Of a stretch of DNA of 64,000 bases, positions 38,501-49,078 are shown in pieces (positions within the stretch are counted from its first letter, which is position 1; every line of letters starts with the position of its first letter). Under the pieces are notes generated by a model. The model searched no databases. It had not been told where the DNA came from and saw only the letters and a program-made list of their open reading frames with translations. This DNA is from Nymphaea colorata (taxonomy: Eukaryota), in NCBI RefSeq assembly GCF_008831285.2, contig NC_045138.2:25792001-25856000 (forward strand). Reading direction: 5' to 3'. A program made the translations under genes and the position numbers.

Positions 38501-41500
38501 AGTCAATGAATAAGACATAATAACTTGACCCAGACATGAAATCAATAGGGGCTGGCCCCCATACATCAGAAAAAATAGTTTCAAAAGGTTTGGAAGTCCT
38601 TTGATTTATATTATGGAAAGGTAAAACATGACTCTTACAAAGTCCACAACTTGAACATTTTTTGACACTTGAAGTAAGAGGTAAGCTTGATCTTGGAATG
38701 AGACTATCTGTGACAAGTTTTTCAATGAAATGTCGACCACAGTGTCCTAACCGACTATGCCACAAATCAGACTCCAAAAATTGGTTAGGGCCCCTTACTT
38801 TTGATTGAAAATGGCAAGAACTTGGCACTGATGACGCATTATGAGAAAGACAAAATGTCTTCAATCCTATATCAAAAGTGGATGAATCCTTGGGTAGACA
38901 TTCCTTGAGGACGTACATATTCCCTTGACGCTCCCCTCTAGCGAACATTTTCTTCGTTTGGAGGTCCTTGACATAGACAGAAGAAGGTGTGAATTCAACA
39001 GAAGAGCTTGTATTATCAATGAGTTTAGAAATGGATATGATGTTCTTTTTGATATTGGGAGCAAGAACAACCTTAGACAGTGATAGAGACGAGGATGACA
39101 ATGGAATATGTGTAATGGGATGAGATTTTCCATCACCTGTTATAATGCAACTTCTACCGTAATGAGGGGATAAGTTAGTCAATTTACCTGCATTTCCTGT
39201 CACATGGGTAGCTGCACCTGAATCCAAGAACCATTCTCCCTGCTCATTTTGCTTTATAGTCATCTTTGAGAATGCGGTCATCAATAGCTGCTGCATATCT
39301 TCAGCAGTGGATTTAGAACTTTGTCTTCCTTGTTTATAATCATGTCTTACCCCTTTGTTTTTATTTTGAGGATTAAACCAACACTGTGCCTTCATGTGCC
39401 CTTTCTTGTTGCACTGAAAACAAATTGGTATTTTTCTTGAAGTATCCAAAGGAGACATACCTTGGTTATGTGGTGTTGGTAGAATGCCATGACCACCATA
39501 GTTGGAGTTCCCATGGCTCTTACCAAACTTTACATTCATAGCCAACACATTTTGGGAGTTCCCTTGATCAGTCCTTTCAATGACTCTTTTCATATTCATT
39601 TCGTGTTGGAGAAGTTTACCTTGTAGTTCGTTGAAGGAGGGCAGAACAGGAAGGACTTCAAGAGCTGTAATAAAAGCATGATAATCATGTCCAAGTCCAT
39701 TCAAGGTTTGCTGCACCTTTTCCTTATCATAAATGTTATTCCCTGAGGCAGCAAGTTGGTCTGCGACGGCCTTAATACGCCCCAAATAATCCATGATAGA
39801 CGTTGAACCCAGTGGCGGAGCCAGCGTGGGGCTGGCGTGGGCACTTGCCCACGCCAGCCCAAGATTTCTCCATTGGATTTCTTTTTCCAGCTGCAATTGT
39901 CATCAATCATTTTAAAAATAAATGCACTCCACTCGAAGAGGGATTCCCTCTATTATCTTTTAAATTATATGTTTTAAGTTCGAACCCATTTCAGAACTCA
40001 TACTCAGTGATGAGAATTGCTTCTATACGAATGGATTCATTGCTTGTAACCTACTAAGTTAGGATAATTATTCACATTATATATATATATATATATTAGG
40101 CTACATTAATCCAGTGTGCAGTCACATGGGATCCTGGATCAGGATTGCGATGTTTCTTAGGGGACGTTTGGTATCTATAACATATTGTTCTTGTTTAATG
40201 ATTCTACACCAAAATTTAGAGTAGATTTATGAAACATTATGTTATAGGGTTTATAAATCTGCCTCAATTTTTTAAACAACTTCATTGAATAGTAGCAATA
40301 TAAATTTGCCCCAAAGATTGAAGCAGATTCGTAAAATAATAAAACTAATGTACCATGAATCTACCATAATTTTTTAAGTAGGTTCATCATGTTCAAATAA
40401 TTGAGTTGAGTTTGAGTTTGAGTTGGAGATCAAAGCTTCGTCATACATCCCTCAATGTTTGTTTATTTTTACATTAATATCTTCAAATATTTGCTTTGTT
40501 CTATATGTGAGTGCCCATTCGTATGTGAAAATCTATGAATAGGTGCCCCCTCCAGAAAACTTTTCTGGCTCCGCCACTGGTTGAACCTTTGCTCAAATTC
40601 TGAAATTCTTTCTTTAAGTACATAATTCGAGCTTCTAATATTTGGGAAAAGGTATCAGCAAGGGTTTCCCATAATTCTTCTGCAGTACAATCATCAGAAA
40701 CTGAAAGTAACACTTGTTGAGATAAAGTGGACAAAATATACGCAACCAGACTTTGGTCACGTCTCATCCACATAGTATGTTCAGGATTGTTGTCTTCATA
40801 AACAACAATAACTTCTCCTGCCTCATTTTTTATTTCTTGTAAAACGGATATTGGTGGAGCCTTTGTTGAACCATCGAGATGTCCAAAGAGGCCTTGACTT
40901 CTTATGAAAGGCATGATTTGCCTTTTCCAGATCAGATAATTCTCATGGTTGAGTTTTTCGGTAATAAGGTGAGGAAGAAAATTTGAGGACACGCCAGAAT
41001 GCGAAAGGTTTTCCATGACAACAGAAAGGAATGGTACATAGGTAGAAAATGAGAGGGAAAGAAGACACGATATAACAAGATGTCTCCTTAGGTAAGCAAG
41101 AAGAAAAAGGAACAAGAATTGCGCAAGAGAAAAGTAAATTCAGGATAGAGACAAGATGAGAAAAGAGTTCTAACCAGATCAGACCTGTTTGGGCATTTCG
41201 TTTGGTAGAGATAACGTAACCTGGTGCTCTGATACCATGATAGAAATCTAGCACCAATATCTGTAACCAGAAAACAGTACTCACGCAGGAAAATAGAGAT
41301 AGAGAGAGAGAGAGAGAGAGAATGAAAACAAGAAAAAACTGAGGAGAAGAAGCCGTAGCCAAAATGGTTTGCACGGCACGGCCTCTATTTATAATCCCAT
41401 TTCTAGAATTCTAAGAGTCTCCAATCGTAGAATCCTAAGAGATTTCACAAGCTCCAAGGACATTAATTACATCATAGAAACCTAAGAGACTTCACATATT

Positions 41501-43469
41501 ACAAGGATATTAACTACAACATAAAATCCTAAGAGACTTCACATATAACAAGGATATTAACTACAACATAGAATCCTAGGAGACTCTTCACATGTTACAA
41601 GGACATTAAATAACTTAACACATTCTACAAGGAGGTGGAATCCTAAGAGACTCCTCTTCAACGTGCTGGTGAAGGATTTATATTTTAACACCCTCGTGCA
41701 TTTGTAAATGCTGTATGTAAAGAAAACCTTAAACCAACAGGGAAGCTGAAACATGAGACGGCGAATATTATGTAAAGTTTGCAAAAGCAACACTAAATAA
41801 CATCACTAAGCTTCATAGAAATTGTTAAACAGTAAGCATGCACAGAAGATCTGCATGATTATAGGATAGGCAAGAAATCATAGAATTCATGTGCAAATCA
41901 TTGGTAAACAAATAAGAGAAAAGATGAAGCGAGAATGGCAAGACATGCAACAATCAAGTTCATAGATATTCAAACAACATCCTCATGTATTGAAGATGCA
42001 AGAAGAAGTCTGTACCAAATTCTAACAGTATTTACGACTAACAAAATAACTGAAGAACATTTTATAATCAGCACAATAAGATGCCGCTTCTTTATCCAAA
42101 ACATAGAAAGTACAGAAAACCAATACCCCCTCTGTCCTTAGTATGTGGGTGGAGCAATGAAGCGCATTTCTGTACATCCTCTCATTTCCCGTATTATGTG
42201 CCTGCAACTTCACCTGCGATAAGGGGGACAAGGTGGTGAAAATAAATATGAAACATGGGATGAAGGGACCTCGTTGGGCAACCTCCCACAGATAATAGAT
42301 GTTAGCCAAACGCACATCAAGTTCGTTCATTGAAAACCCTTGCCATATTTGATGGTAAACTAAGTCAAGTCCACATTTTAGAAGACTCTGCGTTTTGAAC
42401 TTAACCAGAAAATATTACAAGCAAAGCTGCAAAAAACTGAAAGGACCACAAAAGAGGCAGACAAGAGTAACCGAAAGTATCTGAAAGGTCCAGATGACGT
42501 GTTCATAGATACGTCCTTCAATGTACTAGAACCATCTACACTTGTTTTCCTGTAGTTGAGTTCCACTTGCAACAAATTCCCACATTCATTTTCCTTTCGC
42601 TTCCATGGTTTGGAGACAAAATTATCCAGTGAAGACAGGTATTGGTTATTCACGCAAATTAAGATTGTTTACCAGATAAGCAAATAAGCCGGAGTGACCA
42701 GGGGCGGAGCCGCATGTGGACTTGGATAGGTAGCTGCCCACATATTCCCACAAAATCTATTTATTTATGTATTGGTTGGTTCCGATCACTTGCTTATATA
42801 TCGGTGCCCCTCAGTCGTTCACTTATTTTATGTATGGTGCCCACCAATTAATTTACTATGTATTTGAGAGGTAAATTTTTTTGTATTAGTGCCCCTCAGC
42901 CAAAAATTTCTGGCTGCGACACTGGTAGTGACATGCGAAAAGCTCAACAAATCAGAGCACCAAGGTTCCAAGACTCTGCAGGTAGATGACTCCAGGAGAT
43001 CAGACGGTTTAAAACCAGGGTTCTCACCCAGCTTCCCCGCTACAGATCAAAGACAAAGCGAGAAACTTCCACTTCCCATCTTGGTCATCTCGGCATTTTG
43101 ATATCGACATTGAAGTGTTCCTGGAAGATTATGCGTTGCCGAAACTCATAAATCAACCAGACAATGACCAACAACCCCTACCAAGTACCAACATAACATA
43201 AAATGCTGCCCCCTTTCTCAATCACTTGCATTGAATTTACCCGAAACTTTCAGCATAATAAGCAGATCCAACTTAACAGCAACTGAAGGGAAGAGGTAGA
43301 GGAAGAGACAGAAAATACAAAAATATCACGTAGAAGCAGGATAGGCAACAGCAGAATGAAGGGCAGCTGGGCGAGAAAAGACCTTGATGGTGTCGAAGGG
43401 GTGGCCAACGATGACGGTAGCGACTCCTGCAATAAAACCAGCAACATACTCCTTCATCACCTCCCCCAT
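31454..43469 (-). CDS. BAC1: Mitochondrial basic amino acid (arginine/ornithine) carrier, SLC25 family, 8 exons, 305 aa
   Basis: Exons 43469-43383, 42213-42127, 33465-33364, 32392-32288, 32211-32107, 32034-31837, 31761-31663, 31588-31454 (918 nt, GT-AG, all phase 0). Three carrier signatures HPFDTIKVKLQ, CPAELVKCRMQ and LPLDVAKTIIQ, plus LYRGATSSF and RAFPANAAAIVAWE as recalled for plant BAC1. Confidence 0.95.
32565..33016. mobile_element. Truncated hAT-type MITE (CGAGC family) in BAC1 intron 3
   Basis: Right end GCTTGTGTTCAGGCCTA and GCTCG/CGAGC clusters resemble the 24909-25218 element. Left TIR not found. Confidence 0.6.
35466..35941 (-). repeat. 3' LTR (476 bp)
   Basis: Matches 41238-41690 except for ~5 transitions, microsatellite length and two small indels. 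PPT GAGGGAGGG lies immediately upstream on the minus strand (35942-35950). Confidence 0.97.
35936..41016 (-). pseudogene. Copia gag-pol polyprotein, disrupted
   Basis: Starts MENLSHSG. Zinc knuckle CFQCNKKGHMKAQC, protease WFLDSGAATH, integrase LWHSRLGH / FSDVWGP / FQCDGGGEY, RT QMDVKNAFLHGDL and IYVDD, RNase H. Broken by the MITE at 39810, stops at 38436, 38297 and 36995, and a frameshift at ~38423. The RNase H motif reads TYANWAG instead of the usual TDADWAG. Confidence 0.95.
39810..40579. mobile_element. hAT-type MITE (770 bp) inserted in Copia gag
   Basis: Perfect 15-bp TIR CAGTGGCGGAGCCAG / CTGGCTCCGCCACTG and perfect 8-bp TSD GTTGAACC (39802-39809, 40580-40587). Removing it rejoins gag as NLSKGST-SIMDYLGRIK. 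Confidence 0.97.
41226..41237 (-). promoter_or_regulatory. Primer-binding site (tRNA-iMet)
   Basis: TGGTATCAGAGC on the minus strand directly after the 5' LTR. Confidence 0.95.
41238..41690 (-). repeat. 5' LTR (453 bp) with U3 tandem repeats and TATA box
   Basis: TGTTAAAA...CTATCA. About four ~47-bp imperfect repeats, TATAAATAG on the minus strand at ~41385-41393, and a (CT)n tract. Confidence 0.97.
42699..42924. mobile_element. hAT-type MITE (CAGGGGCGGAGCC family) in BAC1 intron 1
   Basis: TIR CAGGGGCGGAGCC / GGCTGCGACACTG; TSD GGAGTGAC / GTAGTGAC. Confidence 0.85.
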
Positions 43470-43516
<47 letters not shown>

Positions 43517-44797
43517 CTCTGTGGCCCGCTTATCGTGTCTGCTTTCCACCTTCGATTCGTCACCACCTGATAAGCTTTGTCCGTTGACAGTTCAGACTAT
43601 GGAAGAAGCAGCAGGAGAGAAACCGAAAAAAATGGGAAGCCGAAGGGAATGGGTAACGTGCGGCCTTGAGGAGGAAGAGCGCCTCTTTCCACTCTCGATG
43701 ACGACAAACGAAAAGGTGGGAAAGTTGAGGGTCTTTTCTGTTTTTGGGGTGCGCAGAACAAAGCGGCAACAAAGTTGGCAGCATTTCCCTTCCCCCCACT
43801 CTGGTACCAACGAGAGAGGTGAAGGTAGAATTAGAAGAAGCAACCTCACCCTGCCCACAACCGATCGCCCGCAAGCGACGCCTGCGGGGTGGGGACTGAA
43901 GACTGCACCCAGGCCAAAGAGCCAGCCTCGCACCCCACCTCCATGCCTGGTCCTTGGCCGGTCCTCGTCTCGGCGCCTTGGATAAAAATGACCATGAGAA
44001 CATGTTGGCAACTAACTCACAAATACTTCAGTCTCCGTTGCCTGAGCTTGGCTTTGCATGAAATAGATGAGCTTTGGCTGCTCTGCAAGTAGATCTCAGG
44101 AACTAGTTGAACAAATTGAAGAGGGGCATGTATAAGCTCCGCACATTAGTTTATTAGACTACCTGACCAGCCTCCATCATTTGACAAACAAATATTATAT
44201 AGCCGAAGCGTGTAGATTCTGCCTCCTTTGGTATGAAAAATGCTTTCATGTTCGAGAATTGTTCCTTTAAATGAGAAGTAGATTTTGATTGCCTATTGAA
44301 GCTTGACATCTGGAGCGTGTTTCACAAGGGCTATGTTACTGCCACTTTGCTTCCATCCTCGTGGTTGTTAAGTTACATGAAGTTTTTATTAAAAGATGGT
44401 TCGATGAGGAGAATGTTAATTAACTCCAAAACCAGCTTAATGCAATCCCATCTCCTGCCTATTTTCATAAAAGAAAACAACACAATGCAAATAAGTTGGA
44501 ATGCCAAGTTCCATCAAGAAGATTACAAAAAGCACTTTCATATTATATTTTGACCATTTGACAATATCAAGAATCTCAAGATCCATCAATAGATAGGTTA
44601 TATACACATCAATCTCTTAAATGACAGAACCATGCGGCTAGGACCATGTTCACTCAAATAAAGTAAGATCAGGTCTCTTTGCTCAGGCTGAATACACTAC
44701 CAAGTTTATGGTTGAGATAGTTAGGCGACTCAAGGGCTAGTCGATTTCAAATTTCTTTCACAAAGTGATCAGCCTCTTACTGACAAACTCATGTCCT

Positions 44798-45160
44798 TTA
44801 GGGGTGTTTGGCAACAATAATAAGTTGTTAATGTTTCATAAAACACTATGTAGCAGCATTTCATGAATCTGCTCCATTCTTTGAAATAGATTCATAGGCA
44901 GTAGCAAATTGGAACTATTACCAAACTGTCCCTTCCAAGTTGCCAGCAAAGAATAGTTTGTAACTGTTCTGTAAATCTGCATCAAAGATTAAAATAAATT
45001 CACAAAATACTTTAAAATGTATTTCATGAATCTGTTTCAATTTTTAGAGCATATATATGAAACCATTGCAAACTGCTCTCATCGTCCAACAGCCCTTTAG
45101 GGCCCATTTAGCAAAAGAAATAATTACATGCTATTTTCATTGTTGCCAAACGATTCCTTA
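44798..45160. mobile_element. Cluster of degenerate Tourist-like MITE fragments
   Basis: TTAGGGGTGTTTGGCA.../...CCAAAC-type ends and repeated hairpin units TCATGAATCTG..CAA...AG.AGATTCAT. Related pieces at ~40158-40400 and ~58495-58670. Confidence 0.55.
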
Positions 45161-45418
45161 AATAGTGTTTGCTTCCCAGACAACTTGGTCTTGGAATGAA
45201 GTCAGGTAAAGCTGGGGGTTGTATGCTGATGGTTTGGAACTCTCATTCTAAACTCTTGTGTGTTGTCTGATGAAATGGGAATAAAATGCTCATGCAAATC
45301 TTAAATTAATACATCTTTGGAAAAGACTACTTGTATGATATGCTTGATTCACAAGATCCACAACGTATTGGGTTTTCACGGTTTTACTGTTTGGTTTGCT
45401 TCTGTACAAAATGGAAGC

Positions 45419-45497
45419 CTATGTCACCTAAGTGCGGTATGCGGGTGCCGGTGTGGCACATCTCATAAAATTTAGGTGCGGCGATGCGGCGAGAGTA

Positions 45498-45543
<46 letters not shown>

Positions 45544-45575
45544 GTTAATTTAAGTGTGGCGGTGTGGCGAGAGTA

Positions 45576-45615
<40 letters not shown>

Positions 45616-46428
45616 TTATTATTATTATATTTTATGGTTTTAATTTGAAAGTTTAAAATAAAAAATTTCAAATATAACATATTTAAGAAGAGATAGTCTG
45701 CATAGTTCACTTTCAGTCACATGCACTTGAATAACAAAATTATACAAGTGCACATTAATTTACACAACCTAATTCATATACAAAAATCAGAATTAACTCA
45801 GTTGGTCTCCACCCAATAGTTTTGAAAGTTTGAAGACGAAGAAAATAAGCATTCCAATAAAATCAAGCTGATGTTAAGTAGTTGAATCAGTTTCATTATT
45901 AGGGAAAACTAAAAGAACGTACAAGTTCGCCATTTATTTTAGATTGCATAGCAAATGAAAATAAGCATTCCAATAAAATCAAGCTGATGTTAAGTAGTTG
46001 AATCAGTTTCATTATTAGGGAAAACTAAAAGAACATACAGTTCGTCATTTATTTTAGCTTGCATAGCAAATGACAGCTAGAAGCAGTAGCAGCAGTTTAA
46101 AATTCAGTAACAGGACATCGATAAAATTTTCTAGCATATATTGTGAAGCACATCTATGAGGGGGTGATGAAGACGCGGGCGGTCGACTTTGTTAAAAATT
46201 TAAAAAACCCTAAAAATTGGATGAAAATAGACCGACTCGCATTTGACCGCACCCGACTTGGGTCAAACGCGAGTCGGGTGCGAGTCGGAAAAGGACAATT
46301 TTAGTCGGGTGTGGTCAGCCGGACTTGACTCTTGTTTGACCACTTTGAGTGCGCACCGGAGGCGCACCCGGACCTGCATTGCATCAACGCGGGTGCGAGG
46401 CCAAAAAGGGCGCACCCTGGTGACGTAG
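45419..46428. mobile_element. Non-autonomous hAT-type element (~1010 bp)
   Basis: TIR CTATGTCACC / GGTGACGTAG; TSD ATGGAAGC / ATGGAACC; GGTGCG/CGCACC subterminal repeats; internal (ATT)n tracts; 116-bp tandem duplication (45841-45956 / 45957-46071). Confidence 0.85.
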
Positions 46429-47015
46429 ATGGAACCTTGCCAGTGTTGAAGAAGTTTGTAAGTGAACAAGCGGTTAACAACCCACATCTGAAAAAGAGGC
46501 TTAAAGGCCCCTTCATTTCCCCAGTCTCCAGTCACGGTTGAAGAAGTTTGCTGCCTTTTTTTGTTAAAAAAGAAAAATCCATGTTCAATGTTTAACCAGT
46601 TTGTTCATGCAACCATAAGTAGGAATTAGATGTACAAATATGGCAATCATAGGACGATTCCAAGTCACCGACTCTTGTCATTAGAAGCAATCGGCGTTTG
46701 TTGGAGTTTCTTAATTGTACCTGATAGATATGTAATCATATAATTTATTTGATACTAATCATGTTATCTGGGGATCATTTTATCTAGGCAATAAAGTAAT
46801 TTCACAACTCACCAAATTTTGATATACTTTTAGTCCAAGCTCTTAAAAGCCTGCATAGAATTTTAAAGTTCATGAACACAAATACGTAGGGAGGCACAAA
46901 AGCAGCAAGTGGATCCTGAAATCACGATTTGCAAATGTTCATGCGAAAAGCATGATACCGAGCATATGATTCCTATCAAACTAAAAAATCAGTTAAAATA
47001 TTAGGTCGAGTGGAT

Positions 47016-47236
47016 GCTTCCATGGCTGCTAATGGGTCGGTTGGAGGTACTCTCAAAGCTGACTTCATTACTATTATTTAGACGGCCAAGGTGACTGGAA
47101 GCGTGTGAACTTTTTCGATCTAGTGGAGTGAAGATACAGCCTGCTTCCGTGGCTCCTAATTGGTCTGTTGGAGGTATTCTCAAAGCTGATTTCATTACTA
47201 ATATTCAGAAGGCTAAGGAAGCGTGTGAACCTTTTC
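47016..47236. repeat. Degenerate direct repeat, ~128-bp period
   Basis: TGGCT.CTAAT.GGTC.GTTGGAGGTA.TCTCAAAGCTGA.TTCATTACTA...GGAAGCGTGTGAAC occurs twice. Confidence 0.8.
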
Positions 47237-48776
47237 TTTTCTTTAATGTTTATTTAGGAAAAACTGCCTTCAACGCAAAACCTCTAAGATCATATACCCT
47301 TATAACTCTAAGGTAGGTTCAGGCTGATTTCTGTTCTACAGTACATCCATCAACTCGAACAATGCACTTACTGCTATTTGCAGCTCAAAAGAAGCCTTTG
47401 TATAAGTACTGTCTTGCCGCCTGGTTGCCAGACAAACTTATTCACATAACTCTGAGAAAAACGTTTGATATTTTAGATTTGTTAAAAACTATTTCGCCGC
47501 AACGAAGATAACAACCACTAAGAAGTGATTGAATTGAACAGCTTATGTTTTTTAATGAATTAGGCACAAATTGCTAAATGGGTGCGCTAGCTAAGGAGCA
47601 ATTCTGACAAAAAGAAAAGAACCTACTGGTAATCTGCCATAGGTCCTAGCTTCAAAAGTTGTACAAACTTGCAACAGTAGCATTTTAATGCCACCTAAGC
47701 CTATGCCAGAAAGTGGCACTATTTTGGCCGCATCTACCTGCAAATAGGACGAGAGCCCATGCACCTTTTATTCTTATTATCTGAATAGGTAACTAACTAA
47801 AACAATGTTAATGCAACGCCAAAGCACAGTCTTATGTTTATAGCTTTATTAGAATTACAGAATATGTGATCCCGTTTTCCTCAACATTCTCAAAGTCAAT
47901 TCGGATCCTCATGTCTGCGGACTTGAAGGTGATCTAAGACATTTTTATCCCGTAAAATTCTCTTACACATGTATAGCGTTTGCCAAAATGACTTTCACTT
48001 CCTTATATACAGCAAAATTTGAAGGAAAGCTCATGCTTCGCGACAGCCTTATACAAGATGACATCTACAGGACTTCAGGAAAACAATAATAAGGGTTCAG
48101 TTAAACACATGAGACATCAGTTTCACACCGGAATCAAACAGCCAAAAAGAAACAAAAATCCGAAAAACTTTATATTGAAACACTGGTGGTGCCAATTTGC
48201 CCGAGAGAAAAACCAAGTGTATTTATGCCACGGAAGTCCTGAAGGACTTGAGACCATCTTCGTTTTGTTGATAGAAAAACAGAGAATCCAAATACACTTC
48301 CCATGGTAAACTTGAATATGTAAACACAGATGTTGCTTATGTCAAAACACAGGGTCGACACCTTTTCTGTTCGCAAACAAAGGGCAAACGCTGAACTCGC
48401 AGGCCTCTTAAGAATCACCAATCACAAACTTGGATTAATGAAACCACTGTCAACTGCCAATGACTTGATAGTGGGAGGACACTTGCATCAATAACATCCT
48501 TATTATCTAGAATACTAAAAGAGAGGAAAAAAAAACAAGGTATAGCTGAAATCAAGGATACGTATACTAAGAAGTTTATTCATAGTAAAACTTTTCCTCG
48601 CAAGTAAAGAGGAAATTTACACGACAGATAAACCAAAAGTATACAATCTCGAGTCAAGTAGAAGTTAAGCCTAAAGCCAGCGCTTGATGGCATGTCTCTC
48701 CTGTACTTCATGCTTCGCAGCACTTGTCACACAAACTGCAAGACTGCGCCTTTGGTGTCCAAAACTACACGCCAGA

Positions 48777-48814
<38 letters not shown>

Positions 48815-49078
48815 TATGCCAAAAGGCCTATACCGTTAATTACTTATGCACACTCTTCAACTAAGTAAGCACATGCTCCTGCAGTTAAACAAAAGCTGCC
48901 ATCAGAGATTCAGAAGCAAATCTCAACTTGAGCTCCAAGTAGAGACATTCATATTCAAAGAACCAAGAAACAGTGTATGGCAAATTGCATATTTCTGTAC
49001 GTTGTGTTATCGATTGATTGCAGAAAAGATTACCATTGCGGAGCATGGGTCCCCAACGACTCTTCCAGGGCATATGGT

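Larger units (their letters stand above)
35466..41690 (-). mobile_element. Full-length Ty1/Copia LTR retrotransposon (disabled) in BAC1 intron 2
   Basis: TG...CA LTRs at 41238-41690 (5') and 35466-35941 (3'), PBS, PPT and gag-PR-IN-RT-RH domain order. Confidence 0.97.

Noticed and set aside
41400..41416. Heat-shock element in the LTR (TTCTAGAATTCT), ONSEN-like
   Set aside because: Only two correctly spaced nGAAn units; a canonical HSE needs three.
43356..44011. 209-aa plus-strand ORF and overlapping minus-strand ORFs at the BAC1 5' end
   Set aside because: They span the antisense of exon 1, a (CT)n tract and GC-rich promoter DNA, with no motif. A divergent non-coding transcript cannot be excluded.
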